From NCBI GenBank assembly GCA_951406725.2, contig OX597822.1, forward strand, positions 40,734,001-40,798,000: DNA of 64,000 nt. The letters run 5' to 3'. Position 1 is the first letter of the stretch, and each line of letters begins with the position of its first letter. This stretch comes from Octopus vulgaris. Lineage: Eukaryota. This document shows positions 1 to 12,384 of this stretch, in pieces. Both the position numbers and the translations under genes were made by a program. Below the pieces are notes generated by a model. It did not search any database. It was not told the origin of the DNA and saw only the letters and a program-made list of their open reading frames with translations.

Positions 1-519
1 TGCATGCTTGTATGTATGTATGTATATATGTATGCATGCATGTATGTATGTATGTATGCTTGTATGTATGTATGTATGTATGTATGTATGTAGGTAGGTA
101 GGTAGGTATGTATGTATGTATGTATGTATGTATGTATGTATGTATGTATGTATGCGTGCCAGTATGTGTTTGCATGTATGTATATTTGTATGTGCGTATG
201 AATGTAACCGTGGGAATGTTTGTAACTGTGTGTATACATGTGTGTATGTATATGTATATATTTATGTATATATAAAAGCATACATACATACATATGTGTG
301 TGTGTGTCTGTATCTGTGTATAGACGTACGTACGCATGCTTTATGTACTTATATACCCATTCATCTCTCTGTATGTATATTTATATACATATGAATGTCT
401 GTGTATATGTAAACTTAGATGTTTGTATAAATATAAGTACGTATGTTTCAGTCTATTTATTTAGCTAGCTAGGCTATACACACACATACACACACATATA
501 TATATGTATATATATATAT

Positions 520-589
<70 letters not shown>

Positions 590-1941
590 TGTTAAATGTG
601 TATGATATATTTATGTGCATCTATACGAACATATGAGCACGTGCGTGTGCTTGTCAGCGTTTATGTGTATGTAGGTATATATGCATGCATGTATGTATGA
701 TTGTATGTATGTATGCATAGATGGATGGATGTCATTTATGTATGTATGTATGTATGTATGTATGTATAGGAATATTTTTTTTTTCTTCGAAATCCGTAGA
801 AAATCTTTACTGAAAACAACCCAGTCATAAACAAAATGACAATGTTTTCAAAATTTATTTTAATTTTATTTAGCTTTTGGATAAATCTGAGGATTTGTAA
901 ATATATAAGATATTTGATGCGTATGCAGTCTGCCTGGGGAAACTACACTTTCATAAAAACAAATTTATTTATTTTCTTCTAACTCACCCAGATTTATGCC
1001 TAACCAAATACTGGCGCACTGGAATCTACGTTGACGAGTTTTTCAAGTCATGCGACATAACAAGGAAGAAACATTTTAAAGAAATTTATTGTCTTATATC
1101 GGTTTTAATAATTGGTTTGAACATATTTTCACATGTATTTTAATTGATTTTCCACTGAAGTATTTGTCTTTAGTTGTATTCTTTTCAAATTTATTCGCTT
1201 TTAAATTTGTTAGCTGAAACCGATGTAAAGTCGACTAAATCCACTGAACTTGAGGTTTATTTCTTCCATTACTTTTTTTAGGAAAAAATGAAAAAAAAAA
1301 AGATGTTAAGTCGAATTGTCGTAGCTCGAAACGGTGTAAGTTGAATTATGCTTGTATTTCTCTTCACCGTTGCTACATCACTCACAAAGGTTTTTTAAAA
1401 CGTGCCCAGGGACACGTTAGCAGCTGTACAGCGCAGTTCTCGTTGCGAATTTTGAGTTCTTCTATTGATATCTCAGAGCGGGTTTCAGGTCTAGAAATTA
1501 AAGAAAAATAAACCCCGTCTGCTAGCAAATCCGGAATATCAGATTAGCGAGCAGACAAGAATCGTAGCTTTGTCATAACGTTACGGATAATGCACGATGT
1601 TTTAGCAAGTGCAATGCCGCGGCGAAGTATTCAGGTTTTCTTTGGCCATGCCTCAAAGCACATCTTTCGAACAGCCTCTCTCGAACGCTTTCAGACATCC
1701 AATTAAACTCCCTTGTCGATCGTCTGACTACGTGTAATTAACTCATGATGTACGAGGCTCTTTCAGTTAAAAACTCGATCATCTCTTTCACACTTGAGAG
1801 ACAAGATTCTCTTTCTTTTATGTCGCGGCTTCTAGGACCGAACTCATGTTGACGATAGTCAAAAGCTTTTCTTTCTTTTTTCACGAGAACATGATACTGC
1901 TTCAGTTTTTCTTTTCAAATTATGTGACAAATTTTTAGATA

Positions 1942-2041
1942 GAAGCAGGTGTGACTGTGTGGTAAAAAGTTTCAAACCTACCAAATAATTTTGGATTCAA
2001 TGCCATGAGCAAATGTCTTCCACTATAGCTTCGAGTCAACC

Positions 2042-2072
<31 letters not shown>

Positions 2073-2073
2073 T

Positions 2074-2162
<89 letters not shown>

Positions 2163-2352
2163 CCGGAGTAAGCACATAAATGTGAAACAAGGTGGGAAAA
2201 AAGAGTACTCGAATACCGGAGGTAGAGTAATATGCTTTATTAATAAAGCTGCAAAGACATCACAAAAGCTGTTACTCAGAGTTTCACGTTCCCATTCGTC
2301 GATACACATACACACACACACACACCAACACACATACATATACATACCCACT

Positions 2353-2405
<53 letters not shown>

Positions 2406-2645
2406 GTACATACATATATATACATACATACACACGCACATATGTGAGGGGAGGTGACCACCGCTTGACAACGGTAGTTAGTTTGTTAACGTCCCACTAA
2501 CCTAGACGTTCAGCAAAAGACCCCGATAGAATAAGCGCTAGACTTTAACAAAAAAAGGTGACTGCTAGAGTCGATTAAGACAAAGCCCTTCAAGGCGTTG
2601 CTCCAGCATGGCCGAAGTCTAATAGCAGAGACAAGTAAATTTAAA
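1942..2645 (+). mobile_element. SINE family A, decayed, with nested (GATA)n and an HHR-like module
   Basis: Head gcaggtgtgactgtgtggtaa, body cttccactatagcttcg and tail gctccagcatggccg match the family A copy at 45222. Duplicate at ~17742-18446. Confidence 0.8.
2269..2301 (-). ncRNA. 5'-truncated hammerhead-like motif
   Basis: Minus strand reads cGACGA-atg-ggaa-cgt-GAAA-ctc-t-gag-TA-acag. The 5' strand of stem I is replaced by a microsatellite. Duplicate at 18069-18101. Confidence 0.5.
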
Positions 2646-2749
2646 AGGCGATGATTAAACTGTATGCCTAGTTCTTCGGAAGCTTCACGAATTCTTAGCC
2701 AACGATTCTCGAACAACTAGATTCGAAGCTGACGAATAAAACCATGCAT

Positions 2750-3033
2750 TCTTTTATTCTTTTATTCTTTCATTTGGTTCAGTCATTTGACTGTGGCCAA
2801 GCTGGAGCACCGCCTTTACTCGAACAAATTGACTCCAAAACATATTCTTTGTAAGCCTAGTACTTATTCGAACGGTCTCTTGTGCCGAACCGATAAGTTA
2901 CGGGCACGTAAATACACCAACATCGGTTGTCAAGCGATGGTGGGAGGGGGACAAACAGAGCCACACAAATACATACAAACACACGCACACGCACACACAC
3001 TCACACACACACAAACACACACACGCACGTGCG

Positions 3034-3086
<53 letters not shown>

Positions 3087-3238
3087 GACGAGTTTCCGTC
3101 TACCAAATCCACTCACAAGGCTTTGGTTGGCCCGAAACTATAGTAGAAGACATTTGCTCATGGTGCCCTTCAGTGGGACTGAAACCCGAACCATGTGGTT
3201 GGGAAGTAAGCTTCTTACCACACAGCTACTCCTGCACC
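2750..3238 (-). mobile_element. SINE family A
   Basis: Reverse complement of family A, including the internal (TA)/(CA) tract. In copy 2 (18548-18995) the head is missing. Confidence 0.9.
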
Positions 3239-3275
3239 TATGTATGTTTACTGATGCTTTCTAAATGTTAGTATG

Positions 3276-3466
3276 TACAAGAGGGGGTTGAAAAGTTCCT
3301 AGCATTAAGGGTATCGCAAAACGCCTGACTGGAGGCCCAACTTTCCAAGTTTTTGCACTGGACTTAGAAAACCTGAAGGACCGCTGCAATAAGTGTGTGA
3401 ATCTGAGAAGGGAATACGTTGAATAAGATCAAAATTAATTGATCCTCCTGTATTTCCTTTCACCCT
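3276..3466 (+). mobile_element. Mariner-derived MITE, partial
   Basis: Left TIR-like tacaagagggggttgaaaagttcct. Encodes a mariner-type transposase C-terminus [20 protein letters not shown]. Confidence 0.75.
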
Positions 3467-3478
3467 TTGTGCGTGTGT

Positions 3479-3602
<124 letters not shown>

Positions 3603-3637
3603 ATATATATATATATATATATATATAATATAATATA

Positions 3638-3670
<33 letters not shown>

Positions 3671-3673
3671 ATA

Positions 3674-3889
3674 TACCAGGAGGAGCTGGAAAGTTCCTGG
3701 TTTTAAGGGTATCGGGAAAGGCCTGGCTGGAGGTTCAACTTACCGAATTCTTTTACAGGGCTTAGAAAAACTGAAGGACTGCTGTGTGAATCTGAGAGGA
3801 GAACATGTTGAATAAAATCATAATTAACTGATCTTCCTGTATTTTTTTCTTTTTGCCCAAAGCCAGGAACTTTTCAGCACCCCTTCGTA
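3674..3889 (+). mobile_element. Mariner-derived MITE
   Basis: Imperfect TIRs (gctggaaagttcctggttt / aaagccaggaacttttcagc) with TA ends. Internal [16 protein letters not shown] resembles a mariner C-terminus. Duplicate at 19406-19630. Confidence 0.85.
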
Positions 3890-4141
3890 TGTGCATGTAT
3901 GAGTACAACCGTAACCTGATCACTGATGCTTTGCCTCAGATGGAAATGCGTCAGTGATCAGGTCCCAGTGGAGCGACGAAAATTTTGACACCATCTTGTA
4001 ATAAGTTAAAGGGATTTCAACACTTTTGTTTGTTTTTGTAATTAAACGGTGGGAATGGTTCTTCCACGAGGTAATTGCTAAATTAAAATAATTTTATGGT
4101 TAAATGAATTCAGTAAATCAGCTAGCAACATAAATAGATAA

Positions 4142-4246
<105 letters not shown>

Positions 4247-4293
4247 GGGGGGAGAGCGAGAGAGAGAGAGAGAGAGAGACTAGAGAGAGAGCT

Positions 4294-4324
<31 letters not shown>

Positions 4325-4518
4325 TAGTGTAGAGAGAAATGCTCGTATAGCCGGTGAGGTGGGACGTAGAATTTCTGTAAATATGAAAACTGACAGTCTT
4401 TTATACGGAAAGCAATTTTCTATGATAATTCTTAACAGATGCACTGAAATATTTCAGTTTAACTGGAAGCTAAGAAGCAAATAATTTTATACAGATGCAT
4501 TAAGTACAGGGACAACAC

Positions 4519-4559
<41 letters not shown>

Positions 4560-4853
4560 GTACATACATAATTACATGCACACATACTACACATAAATAT
4601 ATACATGCATGTGTGTGTGTGTGTGCGTGTGTGTTTTCGCTACCCTGTGCTAACCACCTGCACTTCACGGCGCGCACACATCTCATACTATGCCCCTTTC
4701 CTTAAACAGATACCCTCCTACACATGCACACATTAACCCTCCTCTTCCTCTTTTCCCAACTTCTCATTCAATCGCATTTCTACTCGGCTCCTAAACATTT
4801 TTCCTTCACTTTATTTTACGCCTTCCCTCCTTTCCACCATCTTTCCTCTATTC

Positions 4854-4895
4854 CGTTTTTCTGATGGAGAACTAACGTCCGAAACGTCAAAGATG
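4854..4895 (+). ncRNA. Degenerate minimal type I hammerhead motif
   Basis: cgttttt-CTGATGG-a-gaac-taac-gtcc-GAAA-cgTC-aaagatg. Stem I has 7 bp with G-U pairs. A9 is changed to G and stem II has one mismatch. Duplicate at 20506-20547. Confidence 0.6.
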
Positions 4896-5125
4896 TTTTC
4901 TTTCGAGCATTAGACTAATAACACCTTTGTAAGAACATATCCCTTTTGTTGTGTTTATTATTTTCTCATTCATCATGTATATATGTGTGTGTGTGTGTCT
5001 ATATGTGTGTGTATGTATGTATGTATGTGTGCATGTATGTACGTATGTATGTATGTATTTATGCATGTATGTATGTATGTATGTATGTATGTATGTATGT
5101 ATGTATTTATGTATGTATACACACA

Positions 5126-5310
5126 CAGGATTGGCCAAAAGTCACTCCAGTTAAGAATGTTTAATAATTGAATGCTATGAGTTAAAATCACGGTTTTTTT
5201 TTTCAACATTTATCTATTTATTAGCTAAGTTTCATTTAATATAATTTTTTGTTTTAATCTTGAAATTAGATGGGTTTGATTTACTGTCAGGCGACTTTTG
5301 GCTAACCCTG
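5126..5310. mobile_element. Tc1/mariner-type MITE
   Basis: TIRs caggattggccaaaagtc / gacttttggctaaccctg, followed by TA. Duplicate 20780-21049 carries an internal duplication. Confidence 0.8.
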
Positions 5311-5527
5311 TATATAGTTACAGTGAGGATATTGAAACCCATTAAAGGGATATTTTTATCCAAGATACACTGGTTTAATATATTATATTTTGGAAGAGAT
5401 ATTTTTTCAATGAATATATTATATAAAAAATCTCAAAATATCAAATATCATAATCGAGTTAGAAAACAGAGAGACTTAATAGATACAAATTCATTTATTA
5501 ATTAATTAACATGTGTATATAGATATA

Positions 5528-5938
5528 GGCGCAGGAGTGGCTGCGTGGTAAGAAGTTTGCTTCCTAAATACACGGTTCCAGCTTCATTCCCACTACGTGG
5601 TACATTAGGCAAGTGTCTCCAACTATATAGCTTCAGGCCGATCAAAGCCTTGTGAGTGGATTTAGTAAACGAAAACTGAAAGAAGCCTGGCGTATGTATG
5701 TATGTATGTATGTATGTATGTATGTATGTATGTATGTATGTATGTATGCATTTGTTATTTGTGTCTGTGTTTGTCCCCCACCTTCGCTTGACAACCGTAA
5801 CTTAGCGGATCGGCAAAAAAACCCCGATAGAATAAGTACTAGGCTTACAAAGTATAAGTCCTGGGGTCGATTTGTTCGACTAAAGGTGGTGCTCCAGCAT
5901 GGCCGCAGTTAAATGACTGAAACAAGCAAAAGAATTGA
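5528..5938 (+). mobile_element. SINE family A
   Basis: ggcgcaggagtggctgcgtggtaag head through ...gactgaaacaagcaaaag tail. Duplicate at 21266-21690. Confidence 0.92.
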
Positions 5939-5997
5939 ATATATATATATATATACGTGTGTGTATGCATATATGCATATGTATGTGTGTGTGCAGT

Positions 5998-6072
<75 letters not shown>

Positions 6073-6228
6073 CAAGTAATAAGAGAGAGACCACATGTGG
6101 TCACTCTAACGCTAGAAATAGATCCGCAAAGGGAATCCACCACTAAAGAATTGTTCTCAAGCATTAATTCAACAACGCCAAGAATGTAAGCGGGCAGGAC
6201 AAATGAAAAATAACGAAAAAATAGATTA

Positions 6229-6304
6229 ACTCTATACAATTGTTTCATCGTTAATAGATTGTGTAATTTTACTTACATAATCATTTTCGAATCCTCAGTA
6301 GAGT
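6229..6304 (-). ncRNA. Type I hammerhead ribozyme motif
   Basis: Minus strand reads actcta-CTGAGGA-[t-tcg..gatt.tgtaa..ttaca.aatc..cga-t]-GAAA-caattg-TA-tagagt. Stem I is a perfect 6 bp, helix III is the palindrome ACAATTGT, and the cleavage triplet is GUA. Confidence 0.75.
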
Positions 6305-6751
6305 ATATCAAAAATATAATTTGCTGAACCGAACGCCAAAATCCATACGAAGCCGAGCAAAGGCGAACGGCACAGCCGATTATATTTGCAGTTACGTTCA
6401 AATATCCTCACTCTTGGCGTGTTGAAAATACCGAATGTAAATACTACCCCAGTAATTTACTGCCGGTTTGAGAACATATTAATTTATAATTAAAATCACA
6501 ATAAGGGTGAAAAAATTGAATATTAATTAATAACATCAATTTAAAACACACAGGGCCTAGCGTAAAAAAACTGTGATACAGTAAAAATTATTAATACAAG
6601 TAATAAGGGAGAGATCACATGTGGTCACTCTAATGCTAGAAATAGATCCGCAAAGGGAATCCACCACTAAAGAATTGTTCTCAAGCATTAATTCAACACG
6701 CCAAGAATGTATGCAGGCAGGACAAATAAAAAATAACGAAAAAATAGATTA

Positions 6752-6827
6752 ACTCTATACAATTGTTTCATCGTTAATAGATTGCGTAATTTTACTTACA
6801 TAATCATTTTCGAATCCTCAGTAGAGT
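6752..6827 (-). ncRNA. Type I hammerhead ribozyme motif (second tandem unit)
   Basis: Same core and stems as 6229-6304, located 523 nt away. Confidence 0.75.
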
Positions 6828-6929
6828 ATATCAAAAATATAATTTGCTGAACCGAACGCCAAAATCCATACGAAGCCGAGCAAAGGCGAACAGCACAGCC
6901 GTTTATATCTGCAGTTATATTTTTGATAT

Positions 6930-7005
6930 ACTCTACTGAGGATTCGAAAATGATTATGTAAGTAAAATTACACAATCTATTAACGATGAAACAGTTGTAT
7001 AGAGT
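6930..7005 (+). ncRNA. Type I hammerhead ribozyme motif (inverted arm)
   Basis: actcta-CTGAGGA...GAAA-cagttg-TA-tagagt. Core boxes intact; the helix III palindrome is broken by an A>G change. Confidence 0.7.
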
Positions 7006-7264
7006 TAATCTATTTTTTCGTTATTTTTCATTTGTCCTGCCCGCTTACATTCTTGGCGTGTTGAATTAATTCTTGAGAACAATTCTTTAGTGGTGGATTC
7101 CCTTTGCGGATCTTTTTTCTAGCGCTAGACTGACTACATGTAGTCTCTCTCTTATTACTTGTATTAATAATTTTTACTGTATCACAGTTTTTTTACGCTA
7201 GGCCACTTGGTGTTTTAAATTGATGTTATTAATTAATATTCAATTTTTTTCACCCTTATTGTGA

Positions 7265-7325
<61 letters not shown>

Positions 7326-7412
7326 TATTCTTATATATACCGATAGCAACACCCTGTACTTTTCTCCTTGTTTTATAACTCTCTCTTGTCACTATATGAG
7401 TATACCTAGACA

Positions 7413-7762
7413 TGTAGAGGCGTAATGGTCTGTCGCAGTCGTAGGATCGCGGTTTCTATTCCCAGACCGGACGTTGTGAGTGTTTATTGGGCTCCGACAA
7501 GGGTTGGTGGCGAACCCTGCTGTACTCTTTCCCCACAACTTTCTCTCACTCTTTCTTCCTGTTTCTATTGTACCTGTATTTTAAAGGGCCAGCCTTGTCA
7601 TACACTGTATCACGCTGAATCTCCCCGAGAACTACGTTAAGGGTACAAGTGTTTGTGCAGTGCTCAGCCACTTTCACGTTAATTTCACGAGCAGGCTGTT
7701 CCGTTGATCAGATTAACTGACACCCTCGTCGTCGTAACCGATGGAGTGCCACGACGACGTTT
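7413..7762 (+). mobile_element. SINE family C (tRNA head, RTE-like tail)
   Basis: Matches 36530-36923. Tail cgtcgtcgtaaccgatggagtgcc; TSD cctagacat. Duplicate at ~22633-22998. Confidence 0.9.
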
Positions 7763-8331
7763 CCTAGACATAGTGCAATTTTCAATATAATTATTTAAAT
7801 TTTAAATTAATTTCATTATCATTGGTCATTATCAGCTATACGCTCGTTCAAAAGATATTTAATAAATATACGTACCAAACTTTAATTTCTTCCTTAATTT
7901 TACGTTTCTGCTCTCACTCATTAAAGCACAACCACCCTTACTAATAATTTTTTTCTCCATTTCTTTTGCGTCTCCGTTTATCGCATTGAACTGTCCGTTC
8001 AGTTTGTTGTTGGTCAATCAGACACCATTTTCCAAATGAGAATTCTGCTTGATTTTTAAATGGCACATGAGGGAAGTAACGTAAACTAGAATGTGGTAAC
8101 GAAAAAGGAAATAAAACACACAATGTATTTCAGTCCAATAGAACTGCCATAAATGGGTTTTTTTTCGTCTTTTATTTTTGTATTTTTTGCTGATTCTTTC
8201 ATGAAACAAAAGTGCACCAAATCAAAGAAATCTATGTACAAAGTCACGTATTCAATACAAGTGCTTATATAAATATTGAACTGATACTGCAATTTATTTC
8301 AAAATATTTATTTTAAAATTTATGAACAGAA

Positions 8332-8388
<57 letters not shown>

Positions 8389-8390
8389 AA

Positions 8391-8584
8391 GGTAGTGAGC
8401 TGGCTGAATCGTTAGAGGTATTTCGTCTGTCTTTACGTTCTGAGTTCAAATTCCGCCGAGGTCGACTTTGCCTTTCATCCTTTCAGAATCGATAAAATAA
8501 GTACTAGTCAAGTACTGGGGTCGTTTTGCCCGACTATCCCCCTCCCCTCAAATTCCAGGCCTTGTGCCTATAATAGAAAGGATT
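8391..8584 (+). mobile_element. SINE family B between (GTT)n and (CTT)n
   Basis: gagctggctgaatcgttag head, B-box-like gagttcaaattcc, and gtcgactttgcctttcatcc. Duplicate at ~23669-23862. Confidence 0.9.
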
Positions 8585-9025
8585 CTTCTTCTTCTTCTTC
8601 TTCTTCTTCTTCTTCTTCTTCTTCTTCTTCTTCTTCTTCTTCTTCTTTTTCTTCTTCTTCTTCATCTTCTTCTTATTCTTATTATTCTTCTTTCGGCCAA
8701 TTATAAACTTAACTGTTCTGGATTTTGCCATGATCTTGCGTATAGTTTCGGGAATGAGAATGATTTGCCATCCCAAAAATTTTTTTCCGCTACAAAATTA
8801 CCCAGGCCATTTTTCTAAATCTCAACGGCGTTCAAACAATGCATTGTGCAAAATAGCAACTTGGCCATTTTCTTAAAGGAATTCGACATTCAGATTCTAA
8901 AGAAGAAAAATCAAAAGCGTAGTAAACATCGCTACGTTTAGGAAAGTGCACATGATTCTCAGACTGGTATATATGTAACCAAACATCCCAAAAGTAAACA
9001 AACACCGTTTTTGAACGATATATTT

Positions 9026-9339
9026 CAGGGGTTGGCGAACCGGGGTAAATTACCCCAAATGGAGTACAAATGGCATTTTGGTGGGTAATGACTCATTAGA
9101 CATAAGTAAAATTATATATATAAAAAAAACGTGTTCCTCGTTACTACAGAAAATTTTTCTTCTAGCAACACTGCATCTGTCCAATGTAATGGACGTATGA
9201 ATAGATTCATAAAAATACATTCAATAAGCCTTTTGAATTGAAAGAATCTATGATTTTCTTCCTTTCAAATCAAGAGGGTAACATCGGCGTAAATAAATAT
9301 ATTTGGGGGTAATTGGTTAAAAAGGTTCCCCAAACCCTG
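9026..9339. mobile_element. hAT-type MITE
   Basis: TIRs caggggttggcgaacc / ggttccccaaaccctg with a perfect 8-bp TSD atatattt (9018-9025, 9340-9347). Duplicate at 24316-24632. Confidence 0.9.
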
Positions 9340-10348
9340 ATATATTTTCCTTTTCTCCTTTGGTCGAAAAAGTGGTTCCTTCTAAGTGCTCTACCATAGT
9401 AGCCAAGCTGGTGGGTATATTTCAAAAAAGTATTCTGACTCATTTGGGATTGCTCTGCAGCTTCAGCTGTCTTGTTACGGGTATTATTTTACAACAATCC
9501 GCTTGGTTGCTCGAAGACATTTATCAAAGGACGCGGATCAACCCGAGCGGGAGGCTGTTGATTCTGTTTCTTTGCTCAGGAATTATATAATCAGTCTGTT
9601 GTCTGTGGCAAATCTCAAGGTTTGGCGTAATCATACGCTGGCTAAGTTCACACTCACACTGACCCAGAATACGCTCGCTTTGAAAGTCAGACACTTCTAT
9701 TACTCATGGTGTTCGTAGTATGGCTTGTTGCTATAACAAAATCAACATTTTGTAATCTGATATGAAAAATAATAATACATAAGCAGTTTTGAAGCGCCAG
9801 GTAGTTTCCTCACAGATTAATGAGGGGCATCTATTCAATTTTGAGGTGTCTATGTGTGTGTGCGCGCGCGCGCGTGTGTGTGTGTGCGCGTGCGTGTGTG
9901 TGTGTACACGTATACACCCCTGACCTATTATTACCCCTAAATGAAACTCTCAGTAAACACACTCGCACTCTTAATACACACACACATACACACAAACGCA
10001 TACATAGACATACGGACATACAAATTCAAGTGTATCCTGCCCATTATCTTCTTTGTTCTCCCTTCTAGAAAGCTTTTGTAATCTGTTTCGACCAGCGCTT
10101 GCAGGATCAATACATGGCTCTTCGGACCGTAGGTTACCCTCTTCCCATTTTTTCTCTCGCTCTCTTTACTTTTCGGTCTGGTGAACGACTATTATCTGAA
10201 ATGTTAAAGATATTTATATTTTATTTTCCAGTTCATATTATTGTTATTATGTTTTGTTATTTCTGGCGTTACTTTTTAACTTATCTTTTCGCTATGCGCT
10301 CGCATATTCATACATGCATATACATACATACATACATACATACATACA

Positions 10349-10379
<31 letters not shown>

Positions 10380-10885
10380 CTACATACATACACACATGCT
10401 CACGTTCATACATATATATATACGTACATATATATATACAAACACAGATACTCACGCTCATATATATACATACATATATGTATATATATATATATATACA
10501 TACATATATATATACACACACACACATGTGTGTGTGCGCACGCGCGTATACACACACTCACAACTCTAATGGTATATAGACAGGAAATGAAGGTGTAAGC
10601 TGAAGAGCGGGAGGCGTAGTGTTTCCCCTAATATAAGCATATATAGAAAATGAACTTTTACAAATTGTATACATTTATGCTTATATACATACAAATATAT
10701 ATATATATACATACATATATGTATATATATATATATATACGTGTGTGTGTGTGTGTGTGTGTGTGTACCTTTACCGTGATATTTGTGTGTATGTCGGTGT
10801 GCATGAGTTTATGATACTTGTATATGTATAGACACACGTACGTGTGATGGGAATCACTCATAGACACACAAATGTTTATCCAAAT

Positions 10886-10926
<41 letters not shown>

Positions 10927-10949
10927 GGAGTGATAAATGTGTGAGCCTG

Positions 10950-11075
10950 TGAGGAGATGGCGGCAAGATCAAAAGACAACTGTTTATCCCACCCAGCTGA
11001 CGCCCACCTATTGTCCTATTGTTGATGACATTGGAATTTATAAAAGGAGGCAGGGTCTCTGATTGTTAGAGATAC
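10950..11075 (+). promoter_or_regulatory. Candidate TATA-containing Pol II promoter
   Basis: TATAAAAG at 11039-11046, tandem CCTATTGT (Sox-like) at 11007-11022, ATTGG at 11030 and AGATGGCGGC (YY1-like) at 10954. Motif content only. Confidence 0.3.
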
Positions 11076-11111
11076 ACCAGAAATTCCTCCCAGCTGTTCA
11101 GTTTACTACTG

Positions 11112-11210
<99 letters not shown>

Positions 11211-11325
11211 TTACTTTAGCTACGACTACTACAACAGAAACATCTTCAATTGTGAGCAGAAGTTCAAAGACAAGTGTAGAGAGAAGATTACTATGCATAA
11301 GGCCATCAACACTACAACAACAACA

Positions 11326-11368
<43 letters not shown>

Positions 11369-11524
11369 TGGTAAATCATTTCTAATATTGGCACAGGACC
11401 ATGAATCTGTGGGAAAGGATTAACCAGTTCAATTGACTCCAGTACTTGACTGGTTCTCTATTTTATCGAAACCGGAAGGACGAAATCCTTCTTGGTTGGA
11501 TTTGAAGAGAAATAATTAAATATT

Positions 11525-11735
11525 GGGTTCAAATTTTCGCACAAACCCAGCCAGTTCGGAGGAGGGCTTATGTCGATTACATCGACCTCAGTCCTCAACT
11601 AATTTTTTTATTTAATCGACCTTGAAGGGATGAAATGCAAAATTGGCCTCAGCGGAATTTGAACTCAGAACGTAAAGACAGACGAAATGCTGCTGAGCAT
11701 TTTGTCTGGCGTACTAACGATTCTGCCAGCTCGAC
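11525..11735 (-). mobile_element. SINE family B
   Basis: ggaatttgaactcagaacg...gattctgccagctc is the reverse complement of the family B head. A further fragment lies at ~11380-11505. Confidence 0.85.
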
Positions 11736-11825
11736 ACCACTGCCACGCACTTTGTTGCTCTACCGGTTTTTGTTCTTTGTTGAGAAGGGATGTAGTTAAT
11801 TAGATGAACACCATTATATGGCTAA

Positions 11826-12075
11826 AAGGATAAAAACCCCTTTCGGTCATGAATGACCTAGAAAGATGCCCTCCGAGGCACAAGACCAGGCAAGGTTGTT
11901 TATGGAAGAATAGCAGTCGCCCATGCATACTAGCCTCCCCTCTTCGTGCCATCGATGTAATCCAAGGGAAAGACAAAGGCCGATACAGATTGGAACCAGT
12001 GACGTTGCAACTCATTTCGACAGCTGGGTGAACTAAAGCAACGTGAAATGAAAAGTCTTGTTCAAGACCATCATA
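11826..12075 (-). mobile_element. SINE family D, 3' part
   Basis: Reverse complement of the body and tail seen at 48520-48862 (ccctttcggtcatga..., gcaacgtgaaatgaaaagtcttg). Confidence 0.8.
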
Positions 12076-12384
12076 TAACAGGTACCAAATTTATTAACTC
12101 CTGGTGGGAAGTGAAGAAATTAGAGGCAGTGGTAAGAATAGCCCCACAATGTTACACCCACATTTGCATTATGTTCTTTACAATCCTCGTAGATATCATG
12201 TACACACAGAGTGTATATAGATAGATAGAGAGAGAGAGAGAAAGAGAGAGATACGAAATACAGTGTATAGAGTATACTTATAAGTAAGACAATGTGTTGG
12301 TCTAGATGAGACAGACTGAGTCTATATATTCACAATAAATATAGACAATGTATAGACAATGCCTACATATTCATAGTAATATAT

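Larger units (their letters stand above)
6073..7275 (-). mobile_element. Penelope-pLTR/retrozyme-like element: ~523-bp tandem unit plus inverted copy, in (TA)n
   Basis: Direct repeat 6073-6395 / 6597-6915. Inverted arms 6485-6842 / 6915-7275. Three HHR motifs. (TA)n on both sides and no ORF. Confidence 0.75.

Noticed and set aside
9360-9718. 110-aa non-repetitive ORF retained in both copies
   Set aside because: No recognisable motif, non-ATG start, and identity between copies is expected if they are alleles.
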